Shown here: positions 33,155 through 42,227 of the stretch, piece after piece
Layout of the letters: each line of letters begins with the position of its first letter
How positions within the stretch are numbered: position 1 is the stretch's first letter
Position numbers and translations under genes: made by a program
Notes under the pieces: generated by a model
The model's input: only the letters and a program-made list of their open reading frames with translations
What the model was told of the DNA's origin: nothing
Database searches by the model: none
Virus record (IMG/VR): IMGVR_UViG_3300032226_000526
Span: 1-42,578 of that record
Source of the DNA: a virus
Lineage: Duplodnaviria; Caudoviricetes
Strand: one strand, 5' to 3'
DNA length: 42,578 nt

Positions 33155-33615
33155 TATTTACCAAGCCTTTCACCAAGAATTAATGTTACTTGAATCTGAT
33201 TGTCTTGTGTCTTAGCAACGGTGTACCCCATCTGTGGGTTCTGTAGTTCTTGTTCTTCGCGGCCAATAATCTTAAATACGTTTAATACAGAAGGATCAGA
33301 AAATTGTGTTTTTAATCCTTTAAACCCATCAGAAACTGCTTGGTCAACAAACTTTTTGCTATTCTCTACAAAGTTTTGCGCGGTATCAGCGTTTAAAGCC
33401 CGGAACATACCATATTCTGGTTTGCTTTCCGAGCGGTGGATAATAAAAATTGTGTTACCAAAGCGGTAAATTACTGCGCCCTTTATACCAAGCTCACTAA
33501 CAAAAGTTAGATATACCTGTTTGAATGAGTAGGGCGAGCGCGTATTTTCAGACGCGATCTTTACGATTTGGTCTGTTGGCAGCTCTTGTTGGTTGCTATC
33601 GACCATCTCGGCCAT
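33154..33615 (-). CDS. hypothetical protein (structural operon)
   Basis: AAGGA SD; TAATG-coupled to the next gene. Confidence 0.75.
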   Translation of the reverse strand: MAEMVDSNQQELPTDQIVKIASENTRSPYSFKQVYLTFVSELGIKGAVIYRFGNTIFIIHRSESKPEYGMFRALNADTAQNFVENSKKFVDQAVSDGFKGLKTQFSDPSVLNVFKIIGREEQELQNPQMGYTVAKTQDNQIQVTLILGERLGK

Positions 33616-33624
33616 AGTAATCCT

Positions 33625-33777
33625 TTACTTAGAAACTGCTGCTCTTGCGGCTAGGGCCTCTTCTACAACCTTTTGGAAGGCTGGGCTAACAGCGTTTGTG
33701 TCAATCTTACGATTAGCCAGAATTGCGTCAGCAACTGCTTTGTCGTTTAGATATTTCATGGTTTGTTGGCCGTGCAT
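33625..33777 (-). CDS. small protein starting MHGQQTMKYLN (50 aa, not in ORF track)
   Basis: AAGGAG SD; own TTTGCATTAGTA motif upstream. Confidence 0.7.
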   Translation of the reverse strand: MHGQQTMKYLNDKAVADAILANRKIDTNAVSPAFQKVVEEALAARAAVSK

Positions 33778-33808
33778 ACTATCTCCTTTGGTTAAATACT
33801 TCTACTTA

Positions 33809-33820
33809 TACTAATGCAAA
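33809..33820 (-). promoter_or_regulatory. TTTGCATTAGTA motif with GGGCG 14 nt upstream
   Basis: TACTAATGCAAA on the + strand, intergenic. Confidence 0.7.
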
Positions 33821-33843
33821 AATAATCAGTTTGTCGCCCTAAA

Positions 33844-34095
33844 TTAAGTGCTTGGACCATTTAAAATAAAACTAAGTGCAGAGGCCCACTCCTGCCACGT
33901 CTCAAACGCCTCTGGGTCTGGCACTGGGTAGCTTTCAAACGTAGTCAACTGGCTAATGTTTTTAGCAACCTGTTTCCAATTATCCTCAATGTCATACATA
34001 ATTGGCTCCTCACTAAAGTAGTGTAGGAAGTTACCGTTCCAATCTTCCCAAGACATATACTCTGGGTCGATTGGGAAAAAACTCTGGGTACTCAC
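33844..34095 (-). CDS. Trp-rich hypothetical structural-region protein
   Basis: 83 aa; WEDW, NWKQVA, PDP..F.TWQEWA. Confidence 0.75.
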   Translation of the reverse strand: MSTQSFFPIDPEYMSWEDWNGNFLHYFSEEPIMYDIEDNWKQVAKNISQLTTFESYPVPDPEAFETWQEWASALSFILNGPST

Positions 34096-36227
34096 GGTCT
34101 CTCGTCGCCGTACTCTGCCGTAATTAACAAACGGCCCATCTCAAAATTACCGTCCAGTACGTTAGACTCAAACTTTAGTCTCATCTCGCGGTGCTCTACG
34201 CGCAGGTCAATTTTGCCGGTGTCTGGGTCAAAGTAAAAAGGCCCAGAGTTTTCTATATCACCACGGGCAAACTTACGACCAAGAATAGTCATTCCCATAG
34301 TACCAGACTGAACAAAGTCCGGCTCAATACGTCGTAGGTGCATCCTGCGGTTTACACCGGTTGCGCTGTCTTGGGCCGGTATACCACCAACCCAGCTAAT
34401 GTCGCAGGTTGTAATACTTGAGGTAATTGCAAACTCTTGGTTAAACGTGATTGCGTTTGTGCCAAACTCATGCTGCCAAAGTGGGTACCCACCCTCGATG
34501 TAGTACACCAAATTACCGGCAACAAGAGCCGGGTTAAAATTTGTGTCTACCGTAATTAACGTCACACCCGTTGGGTTAGTCGCCGCTATGGCAGACGTAA
34601 ATAAAAACTGACTAGTTACTACCTTGTAAACCGTTGGGTTGCTACCGCTAGATGTGGCAATGTAGTCACCGGCACCAAATGTAACTGACACGTCTCCGGT
34701 TAAATAAATTTGGTTAGAGTTTAAAGCTGGTTGGCTGGCGGGTTTGGCAATTACAGTAAACGGCGGGCTAAATGTGTTTATATCTTCCCAGCTAGCCCAT
34801 ATTGGCGTTGGGAAGATTTCTGTGGTATAACCACATGATCTGCGTGATCCAGACGCACTTCCAGCGTCGTACCAAATTTTATCTTTAACGTTGTATATGA
34901 TTGCGTCGGTGCATTCTGTTGCATCGCCACGGGGATAAAAAAACCAGATCTCATTATACCGAGGTACTTTAGTGGCCCATACCTTTTGGCGCTGTACGAA
35001 ATTGAGGTTATCAAATAGCCAGTTTACGTTTTTATCATTTGGCAGTACAGAGACCGCACCGTTATATAGGTAGAATCGGTCAACACCCATCCAGTAAAAT
35101 ATACCATCCATCTCAACAAAACACGAGGATGATATGGTTGAGATCTGGCTAGAAATAATATCATAGCGCCAGTACAGCGGATTCGTGCCAGTAAACGAGA
35201 CACGAATCAAACTATCGGTTGCCCAAAACATTCCGGATGGTGAGTTAGTACCACCACGCACGGGTATGCCTCTAACAATCTTAGACGAGGCCATGTTGAC
35301 CTGGTTAGCGGTTGCTCCATTCCAGTCAGTAATTGTCTGCTGGTTGTACGTTGTTAGTGTTGTATTGGTTGCGACGTTGTTGTTGGCAATAAAACCGTCT
35401 GATCCATACACAAACGTAAATGGGTACAACACACATACGCCGCCGTCTACTACAATTGGGCGATAGGTTGGGTTTTGCCCACCAGTATCTGCTAACCCTT
35501 GAAAGCTCCATTGGTTTGAAGCATTTGGTAACAAGCTGCCGGTTAGTACTTGGGTCTGAATGGCGTTGTCAATATTTGCTAAGTTTAGGCCTGGGTGAGC
35601 CAACACTTGTAACGAACCGCCAGCGGGAGAGTACTGTAAATCAAACTGCCACAACAGATTTGCATCAGCGGTAAATGTTTCATCATACAACGACACCGTT
35701 GTTGGTGACCCAGCAATACTAGATGTCGTTACAATTACCGTAGTATTTGGTGCCGTATATGATGAACTAATTACTGTTGTCTGTGTAGCTGTGTTATTAC
35801 TAAAAATAACTTTCATGCCTGCGGGAAATGCCGCGGTTACATTGCCTGCTACAACAAACTGACTGACGGTATTAGATACTAAAGTAAATGGAGAATAGCC
35901 TGGTAAAATATTTACAGTAAGCGGACCACTGCCAACACCAAATGTAGTGCCTGTTGTAAATACTTCTAAACCATATTGGTTACCAACGAATACGTAATTA
36001 ACGCCATTGTACGAGTTGGCAATCATGCCTCGTGGAATACCAGTAAACGTTGCAAACAGTTCACGATAGCCACCCATTTTCTTAGGCACACCACGTTGAA
36101 AACGGCACCACTCTCCGTCACTAAAATCCCGCGACTCAAATACTGTACCGTCTCGTTTTATACCTGGCTGCACGCCAAGTGTATATACCAGATTATACTG
36201 ATCTGGTAACTTGTTTTCTCCGGCCAT
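34092..36227 (-). CDS. tail tubular/nozzle (head-stabilisation, P22 gp10 / T7 gp12-like) protein
   Basis: 711 aa beta-rich; PGIKRD, W.RF..G.PKKMGG, FYWMG..FYLYNG.V, NEIWFFYP; position after adaptor genes. Confidence 0.65.
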   Translation of the reverse strand: MAGENKLPDQYNLVYTLGVQPGIKRDGTVFESRDFSDGEWCRFQRGVPKKMGGYRELFATFTGIPRGMIANSYNGVNYVFVGNQYGLEVFTTGTTFGVGSGPLTVNILPGYSPFTLVSNTVSQFVVAGNVTAAFPAGMKVIFSNNTATQTTVISSSYTAPNTTVIVTTSSIAGSPTTVSLYDETFTADANLLWQFDLQYSPAGGSLQVLAHPGLNLANIDNAIQTQVLTGSLLPNASNQWSFQGLADTGGQNPTYRPIVVDGGVCVLYPFTFVYGSDGFIANNNVATNTTLTTYNQQTITDWNGATANQVNMASSKIVRGIPVRGGTNSPSGMFWATDSLIRVSFTGTNPLYWRYDIISSQISTISSSCFVEMDGIFYWMGVDRFYLYNGAVSVLPNDKNVNWLFDNLNFVQRQKVWATKVPRYNEIWFFYPRGDATECTDAIIYNVKDKIWYDAGSASGSRRSCGYTTEIFPTPIWASWEDINTFSPPFTVIAKPASQPALNSNQIYLTGDVSVTFGAGDYIATSSGSNPTVYKVVTSQFLFTSAIAATNPTGVTLITVDTNFNPALVAGNLVYYIEGGYPLWQHEFGTNAITFNQEFAITSSITTCDISWVGGIPAQDSATGVNRRMHLRRIEPDFVQSGTMGMTILGRKFARGDIENSGPFYFDPDTGKIDLRVEHREMRLKFESNVLDGNFEMGRLLITAEYGDERP

Positions 36228-37489
36228 TAGAACGTCCCACCACTGATGGACCCCGCGTTAAATGCTGCAGGTGTTGATACTTGGGGGCTCAACGTGTTGG
36301 TATTATCAATCGTTAACATATTAGTTGAGTTGGCTGATAGACCAAGCACATTAGTTCCGACTAAGTACATACCCGTGTTGGTGTTGTTAGTAAAAGAGTG
36401 TGACGGTGCCGCGGCGGTTCCATTAATTGCAAGGAATATATTGGTCGTTGTTTGGCTAATAACATACAAGAAATTGCCGTCGCTTAGCACTAAGGCGACA
36501 GCGCCGTTCGCTAAACTAATTGGCGTCTGCAGGCTTCCAGATACTTGGAACGTGATATTGTACCCAGTCTGACCTGTGTCGTTAACCAACACGTACAGCT
36601 GCGTCGTAGCTGGAAGAGTAACAGCCAAAGTAGCTGCTCGTGTGCCGGATAGCGCGACATACGTCTGAATAATTGGGGCGTATGATACTAAACTAAAAGT
36701 GTTGACAAGAATAGAGTCTACATCATATGATGCAGACGTGAATGTTACATTAGACGGCGCCGCCAAACCAACGGTAAAGAAGTTGTTGGTTGACTGTTGG
36801 AACAGAATAAAACCTGACTCCGCCGGGTTTACACCTAATGTTGAGCCGCCGTTAATTAACGACGCGCCCTGTGGTGCAAATGTTAACGTGCCAGTTCCGG
36901 TATTTCTAAATGCAATAAACCAACCCGCCGTTAAACTGGCTGCCGTTGGTAAGTTAATAGTGTTGTTACCGGCGGTCCAGATAAATGTGCTGGCACGGCT
37001 GGCGTTGGTAATGGTTGGTGGAGATGACACCTCAATAATGTTTTGTGTGGTGTTTAGTTGGCCAGAAAGAGCTACTAAACCAAGGCCGGCTAGTGAAGCG
37101 GCATCAGCAGATGATGTACCAGTACCAAACGTAACGTTTTGCCAGACACCAGCAGAGGTTGTATTACTAGATAAGTAAAAGTATTTAGATACACCGGCGG
37201 CAATTGAAACCGATCCAGTGCCTGCAAAATCTTGTACAGTAAACGCTACAGCACCAAAGTTACGGATTAAAATATCTGCGCCGGTGGTGCCTTGGTTTGC
37301 CTCTGGCAGTTTAATTATTAAACTGGCGACAGATGGTGTGGCGTCAATAATACGCGCGGCGGGGACTTGATCTGGGTTTACAACGGCTGGCCAATAGAGC
37401 TGTACGTTTGCGCTAAAGCTAAGCGCATAGTATGACACGTCGGTTGGTTGTACAACTGTTCCGGTAAACGGTGATGTAAATATTGGCAT
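36227..37489 (-). CDS. tail fibre/spike-associated structural protein
   Basis: Beta-rich, Thr/Ser/Ala-rich; INLPTAASLTAGW and GTAAAPSHSF..NTNTGMY fibre motifs. Confidence 0.6.
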   Translation of the reverse strand: MPIFTSPFTGTVVQPTDVSYYALSFSANVQLYWPAVVNPDQVPAARIIDATPSVASLIIKLPEANQGTTGADILIRNFGAVAFTVQDFAGTGSVSIAAGVSKYFYLSSNTTSAGVWQNVTFGTGTSSADAASLAGLGLVALSGQLNTTQNIIEVSSPPTITNASRASTFIWTAGNNTINLPTAASLTAGWFIAFRNTGTGTLTFAPQGASLINGGSTLGVNPAESGFILFQQSTNNFFTVGLAAPSNVTFTSASYDVDSILVNTFSLVSYAPIIQTYVALSGTRAATLAVTLPATTQLYVLVNDTGQTGYNITFQVSGSLQTPISLANGAVALVLSDGNFLYVISQTTTNIFLAINGTAAAPSHSFTNNTNTGMYLVGTNVLGLSANSTNMLTIDNTNTLSPQVSTPAAFNAGSISGGTF

Positions 37490-37492
37490 AGT

Positions 37493-38113
37493 TTATGGTT
37501 CCTGGACCGTAGTATTTCTATCAATACGACGCGAGTTGTCTTCTTTTTTCAACGCAGCTAGTGACTCAGTGTAGTACCCCTTCCACACAGGCAGTTTGTC
37601 CAAGGCTTTTAAATACCCTTGGGCCTGTAGTAAGGTACCAAACAACATCGCCTGTGGGCACTCGCGCGTGAACAAGTTTGTTTGATTACTATCGTCTAGT
37701 GGCTGGATTAGGCTATAATATATAATTTCTACTGGGTAGTCATCATCTGGCTTTGGTGCAAAGTTCCAGTTGTTGTAATCATACTCACCATAATACTTTG
37801 GTTGTCCATTTGCGGATTCCGATTGGTACTGTGCAATGTAATCTTGTGAGCGCAATAACATAGGCGCACCATTAACTTTCATTGACACCGTTTTACGCCA
37901 ACGGGCCGGCTTTGCCAGTACGTCTACATTGGTGGGTAATGTGGTCTCCACTACAGTTAATTGTAGTAGTGATTTTAACTCGGCGGCAATTGCGGCCTCA
38001 GCCAAACCAATTAGGCTAGGTATCTGTGCAACAAATTCAGCGTCGTCACGTTCCATGTAACGCTGGACGTCCTCCACCAGATTGCTGTAGGTCATTACGT
38101 ATGCGCCGCTCAT
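37493..38113 (-). CDS. head-tail adaptor (tail tubular A-like) protein
   Basis: MTYSNL..V..Y, I.LAE..I, GQPKYY, FAPKPD..Y, LFGTL..A..YLK. Confidence 0.65.
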   Translation of the reverse strand: MSGAYVMTYSNLVEDVQRYMERDDAEFVAQIPSLIGLAEAAIAAELKSLLQLTVVETTLPTNVDVLAKPARWRKTVSMKVNGAPMLLRSQDYIAQYQSESANGQPKYYGEYDYNNWNFAPKPDDDYPVEIIYYSLIQPLDDSNQTNLFTRECPQAMLFGTLLQAQGYLKALDKLPVWKGYYTESLAALKKEDNSRRIDRNTTVQEP

Positions 38114-39189
38114 CGTGTGTAGTAGCTTATGTTAGGTTGGAAGTAGATTGGTGACTTGTCACGCTCTTCTTGCGCTGCGTCGTATTCTAGTTTAGTGGCC
38201 TGTGTCTCTAAGTACTGTACACGGTTTATATCAATCTGTGGTAATTGTAGCGCTAGTTTGTGTGATAGGCTGGCCTGGATAGAACCAATCCAGCGGTTTG
38301 GTAAATACAATTCATTTGTTAACGAGCCAACGTCTGGCATCTGTGTCTCTACAATTAATTGAAAGACTTGGTAGTTATTGTTTGGTACGGGCCACAAATA
38401 CATACGTGGCTCGATCAGACGATCAAACCAGTACTGCAATGTGCGCTGGCTGGGGAATTGTTTATTGGGAAGGCTCCAGTAGTCATTACGGTTTAATCTG
38501 GCCATGGGAATAACTTGCTGGCTCTGCGCAAACTGGATGGCGCGCAACGAGAATGTTGCGGCTGCGTTTCGGTTTTTTAATCTAAAGTAATAGAATGGTT
38601 GTGTGGCGTTAATGCTAAAGTATGCCCATTCACGATCAGCCAATGTAGTGGACGGGAATGATTCCCACACCGTCCAGTTTGTTCCGTCGTCACTAACTTC
38701 AAAGTCTAACGTATAGGTTGCCGTTGTGCCTGGGCAGTACGCATTAAACCCAACGTAAAACAAACGGGTTTGGTTGCTGTATGCTGCACCAAAGAAGTTA
38801 TTTTGTAATGTTGTGGTTGCAAAAAGATCTAGTGTATCGTTTGCGTCTTGATCAAACAGGTTAACCACGTTTACGTTTGACGTTGGGATTAGACCGCTGT
38901 ACGCTGGGTTAGTAATGTATACCCAGTTTGCCTCACGCACGTCAATCGTGCTCTCGGGTAATGAAACCCACTGCGCATTTGTTGGCGCGCCGATGACTTT
39001 GTTTTCTAAGAGCCACAGGTTAACGCCGCGGTTAGATAGGTTTTGTAAGATGTAATACAGAGCCTGTTTACCTGCGTCAACATACTCGGGCGTCATCTCT
39101 TCTGCCGTTTTACCAGCATCACGATAGGCGTACGAGATCAACTGATCTATGTTGATTTTAGTCTGGTTAGTTGTACCAGAGTATGACAT
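38110..39189 (-). CDS. head-tail adaptor-like protein with inserted discoidin-like beta-sandwich
   Basis: SGTT..I..AY, NRGVNLW, YWSLPNK, MYLWPVP; insert containing EVSDDGTNW..YYFRL. Confidence 0.6.
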   Translation of the reverse strand: MSYSGTTNQTKINIDQLISYAYRDAGKTAEEMTPEYVDAGKQALYYILQNLSNRGVNLWLLENKVIGAPTNAQWVSLPESTIDVREANWVYITNPAYSGLIPTSNVNVVNLFDQDANDTLDLFATTTLQNNFFGAAYSNQTRLFYVGFNAYCPGTTATYTLDFEVSDDGTNWTVWESFPSTTLADREWAYFSINATQPFYYFRLKNRNAAATFSLRAIQFAQSQQVIPMARLNRNDYWSLPNKQFPSQRTLQYWFDRLIEPRMYLWPVPNNNYQVFQLIVETQMPDVGSLTNELYLPNRWIGSIQASLSHKLALQLPQIDINRVQYLETQATKLEYDAAQEERDKSPIYFQPNISYYTR

Positions 39190-39192
39190 AAA

Positions 39193-39360
39193 TTAACGTC
39201 CCCTGCCGGATGGGCGTTTAGTTACTTGTTGTGGAAGGTTTGGCTTTGCCTTGCCGGCTTTGATAAATTCCTTGCCAACCTTTTTGGGGATGCCAATGGT
39301 TGACTTACCAGCCGCTGCGGCGTACATCGCCTTCTGTTGCTGTTTAGACTCTATTGGCAT
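39193..39360 (-). CDS. small basic virion-region protein (55 aa, not in ORF track)
   Basis: [26 protein letters not shown]. Confidence 0.7.
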   Translation of the reverse strand: MPIESKQQQKAMYAAAAGKSTIGIPKKVGKEFIKAGKAKPNLPQQVTKRPSGRGR

Positions 39361-39361
39361 A

Positions 39362-40099
39362 TTAGCAAGTCTTTCCGCCTTTTTTGCGGTTGATTAGACT
39401 GCCTAATCCACTACCCATGCCACCTTTTTGTGCGGCTGCTGCGGCTGCTGCCTCTTGTGCATCTAATTCTTGTTGTTGCATTGGGCTTAGCATGGCGCGG
39501 TTTTTAGCGCGGTTGGCTAAACGCATTTTTTCTGTATTAGACATTACTTGACCCATGGGGTCAACAGTCATGCCGCCTGTATTCATTTTTTTTACTTCGC
39601 CACCTTTTTTAGCGTAGCCCATCTTGTTGCGTACGTTAGTTGGGAGTTTGGCTAGGCCAGGGTTCTCTTCTGTGTCAACAGATTTTAATGAGCCACCCTC
39701 AGCACACTTTTTTGAGGAACCACCCTTCTTCATCATTGGGGGAGGTGTCATGCCCGTATCTAGGCTCATTGTTGGTGCTGGCTCGGCAATGTTTGACATC
39801 GCTGGCTTAGTAGCTGCCTTTGACGGTGCCTTAGCTTTTTTGGTTTTTCCGCCGGCTTTGTAGCGACCTACGCAACCGCCTTCTTTCTTCATACGACCAC
39901 CATTTTTTAGCTTAGACAGGTCAGTCTTCTCATTTTCGTGTGACTGCTTGTCGTGCATAGAAAACGCCTTCTTCACTACTTTTTTATCTTTGGCAGTGTC
40001 TTCGCTCATCTCTGATTTTTCAGAGTGGCGTGACTTATATTTAACAGCGCCGCCTTCTTTAAAGCACTGCATTTTTGGTGATGATTTAAAGCCGTCCAT
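39362..40099 (-). CDS. Lys-rich protein built of short segments separated by about 10 [K/A]xGG motifs
   Basis: FKEGG, LKNGG, KKEGG, YKAGG, MKKGG, CAEGG, AKKGG, MNTGG, AQKGG, RKKGG. Confidence 0.8.
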   Translation of the reverse strand: MDGFKSSPKMQCFKEGGAVKYKSRHSEKSEMSEDTAKDKKVVKKAFSMHDKQSHENEKTDLSKLKNGGRMKKEGGCVGRYKAGGKTKKAKAPSKAATKPAMSNIAEPAPTMSLDTGMTPPPMMKKGGSSKKCAEGGSLKSVDTEENPGLAKLPTNVRNKMGYAKKGGEVKKMNTGGMTVDPMGQVMSNTEKMRLANRAKNRAMLSPMQQQELDAQEAAAAAAAQKGGMGSGLGSLINRKKGGKTC

Positions 40100-40130
40100 G
40101 GTGGTTCCTTCAGGTTAATGGTTCTATATC

Positions 40131-40142
40131 TACTAATGCAAA
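40131..40142 (-). promoter_or_regulatory. TTTGCATTAGTA motif with GGGCG 14 nt upstream
   Basis: TACTAATGCAAA on the + strand, intergenic. Confidence 0.7.
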
Positions 40143-40153
40143 ATTAAGGGTAA

Positions 40154-40687
40154 TTACGCCCCGGCTAAAAATAACGATTTTTCTATTTGTCTACGTTTTT
40201 TAAGGACCGGCGGGTTGCTCCAATTAAGAAACGCTTCTCCTGCCTTGTGCACGTTGCCCTCGTTAAAGTGCTTAACAACCTCAGAGCGGGCCATGTTGTC
40301 TGGTCCAATGTTATGGCACAGGCTCATCAAGGCGTCAATCTGGTGCCGTTTGGGAATGCTGTTTAAAGCCGATTCTAGGGCCGTAGAGCACTTTTCTAGG
40401 TCCCGGTGTAGGATACCTATCACCTCGGCCTCAGAAAGCTCCCTATGGAGCAAATGAGCGTCCCTTTGGCGTATTAGGTGGCCAATGCCGGTCGTCCACT
40501 TGCCTCCGTAGTCCTGGTAGGCGCGGTAGCGCTTTCCCTCAAAGTGTTCAATTAATTCAACGGTTGAGTCCGCAACCCACTGAAATGGGGTGTGGGCCAC
40601 AGCCCATTTAGCTAGGGGGTCGTGAAAACACGCGCCCCAGACAAGCGCAATCGCGCAGGCGTACACCGCCAGGTGATGTCGTAACAT
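40154..40687 (-). CDS. GH24 phage lysozyme with N-terminal hydrophobic (SAR or signal-like) segment
   Basis: FEG....YQD..GKWTTGIGH (E-x8-D-x5-T), DALMSL.HNIG, L..RR..E..LF. Confidence 0.88.
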   Translation of the reverse strand: MLRHHLAVYACAIALVWGACFHDPLAKWAVAHTPFQWVADSTVELIEHFEGKRYRAYQDYGGKWTTGIGHLIRQRDAHLLHRELSEAEVIGILHRDLEKCSTALESALNSIPKRHQIDALMSLCHNIGPDNMARSEVVKHFNEGNVHKAGEAFLNWSNPPVLKKRRQIEKSLFLAGA

Positions 40688-40712
40688 AGAGTCTCCTCGT
40701 TAGTTTGCTATA

Positions 40713-40724
40713 TACTAATGCAAA
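40713..40724 (-). promoter_or_regulatory. TTTGCATTAGTA motif
   Basis: TACTAATGCAAA on the + strand between the two endolysin genes. Confidence 0.7.
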
Positions 40725-40730
40725 TTTATG

Positions 40731-41165
40731 CTAAGAAAAGGCTCTCGTGCCTGTTTTGTCGATAATAAGCGCCTGCTTACGAGGCGCGGTGTCTTTAGTG
40801 TTTGGGACGCTGGCGTGTGTCCAGGATCCAAACTCTTCAATAATCTGGTCAAATGGTATTCCTCCATCAATGCAGGCTTGGACCACCTCTTTGGGTGTCA
40901 TGCCGGGGACTCTGATATCGGCGGCACAACCTAGCCTATGCTGGCTAGTGTCCTTGCTACCGACAGAGTCGTTGACTGATTTAGAACGAAACGCTGAGTT
41001 TACAAGGATCGGCTTGTTTAGTAGCGATCTGATTTGTTCCAATAACTCTGCGGTGCGTACTAGGTTAGCCGTCTCGGTGGCGTTGGGCGTGTTGTCTAGC
41101 CCTTTGCGTTGTGCCACCTCAGATGCGGTTAGTTCTTCTAGTGTAAAGTTAGGGCTTAGGTTCAT
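40731..41165 (-). CDS. peptidase M15A family endolysin
   Basis: LSPNFTLEEL, NSAFRS..N..VGS..TSQH..G.AADI, WTHAS. Confidence 0.88.
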   Translation of the reverse strand: MNLSPNFTLEELTASEVAQRKGLDNTPNATETANLVRTAELLEQIRSLLNKPILVNSAFRSKSVNDSVGSKDTSQHRLGCAADIRVPGMTPKEVVQACIDGGIPFDQIIEEFGSWTHASVPNTKDTAPRKQALIIDKTGTRAFS

Positions 41166-41562
41166 TCTTTTTACTCCGAATCTCGGTTATTTTCTCCAGG
41201 CTACGTGACCCAAAATACGCCCCGAAGACGAGCATGCCCCAGTTTCCGAGCAGAGTAACATAGGACTCGTTGGCGTTGAGTCCAAAGGCGGACATCATCG
41301 CAAATACAAAGTAGCCACCAAGGATCGCTATGAGCGCCATGGGGCGAATATTTTTAGACAGCCAAGAGTCAGACGACATGTCAGACTTCCAACGATCTGA
41401 AATATTGTTCTGCTCGTTCATGTCGGCGTTAAGCTCGGCTAGCTTGCCCTCTTGCTGGAGCTTGATGAGCTCTTGTTGTGCTTTGGCTTTAGCCTCTGGG
41501 TCTGGGATTAGCTTGTCAATTATCTTGGTGCCAATGTCAAACAGCGCTGTGATCGGGAACAT
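41149..41562 (-). CDS. holin (3TM, GTA-holin-like)
   Basis: IIDKLIPDP, RW.SDM.SDSWLSKNIRP, two TM helices, YFGSRSLEK. Confidence 0.8.
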   Translation of the reverse strand: MFPITALFDIGTKIIDKLIPDPEAKAKAQQELIKLQQEGKLAELNADMNEQNNISDRWKSDMSSDSWLSKNIRPMALIAILGGYFVFAMMSAFGLNANESYVTLLGNWGMLVFGAYFGSRSLEKITEIRSKKNEPKP

Positions 41563-41568
41563 TATTTC

Positions 41569-42012
41569 TTACCCCTTATAGCCCCATACAACGTACCAGG
41601 CAACGAAACCAGCGACAAAAAAACAGTAGAGCTGAACTCTACGAATTTCGTGTAGGTCTTTGTTAAACAGCTTTTCATTTTCTTTTTTCTCCTTTAAGAG
41701 ACGCGCCTTGATGACCTGTATGTCATCCCACGCCTTGGGGCCATAGTTTTTAATTACCTCGGCCTTCATCTTTTGCTCGAGGCGTTTTACTTCCTCGATG
41801 ATTTTAAACTCGTCAAACGCTTTTAGTATGGTCTGGTCAACGTGAAACCGCTGTGCCTTGGCGCGCTCTTGGGCGCGTTGTTGGGCTAGGTCGATTGCTT
41901 CTTTTTGTACGTTAGCGATGCTGGCGGATAGTTCCTTACTCACGCCGCGGGCGGAGTCTAGGGAACCGCTAAGAGATTTTGCTCCTTCTAAAAAGCCAAG
42001 TGGATCTGACAT
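41569..42012 (-). CDS. coiled-coil protein with C-terminal TM helix
   Basis: 147 aa; YGPKAW motif; hydrophobic C-terminus. Confidence 0.7.
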   Translation of the reverse strand: MSDPLGFLEGAKSLSGSLDSARGVSKELSASIANVQKEAIDLAQQRAQERAKAQRFHVDQTILKAFDEFKIIEEVKRLEQKMKAEVIKNYGPKAWDDIQVIKARLLKEKKENEKLFNKDLHEIRRVQLYCFFVAGFVAWYVVWGYKG

Positions 42013-42024
42013 TATTCATTTTTA

Positions 42025-42195
42025 TTAGTGTAGTTTTACGAGTAATGCAATCATGGTTGCTATAATAAACCCTACCGAACCGACCAAAATCTGTTCGATG
42101 CGTTTTAGTCGTGCGTTAATGCCGGCGTATCGCTCGGCACAGACTGCCTCGTGGGCGGATAGCGCCGCTTCGTTTTTGTCAATTAGTTCGGTCAT
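42025..42195 (-). CDS. small membrane protein, XhlA-like (56 aa, not in ORF track)
   Basis: HEAVCAERY..I..RLKRIE followed by a C-terminal TM helix. Confidence 0.7.
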   Translation of the reverse strand: MTELIDKNEAALSAHEAVCAERYAGINARLKRIEQILVGSVGFIIATMIALLVKLH

Positions 42196-42227
42196 ATTGT
42201 TTTATTAATTAGAATAAAAAGTTTCAT

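Noticed and set aside
24382-41581. Plus-strand ORFs in the - arm (e.g. 29763..30206, 36699..37178, 40747..41208)
   Set aside because: Antisense shadows of structural and lysis genes
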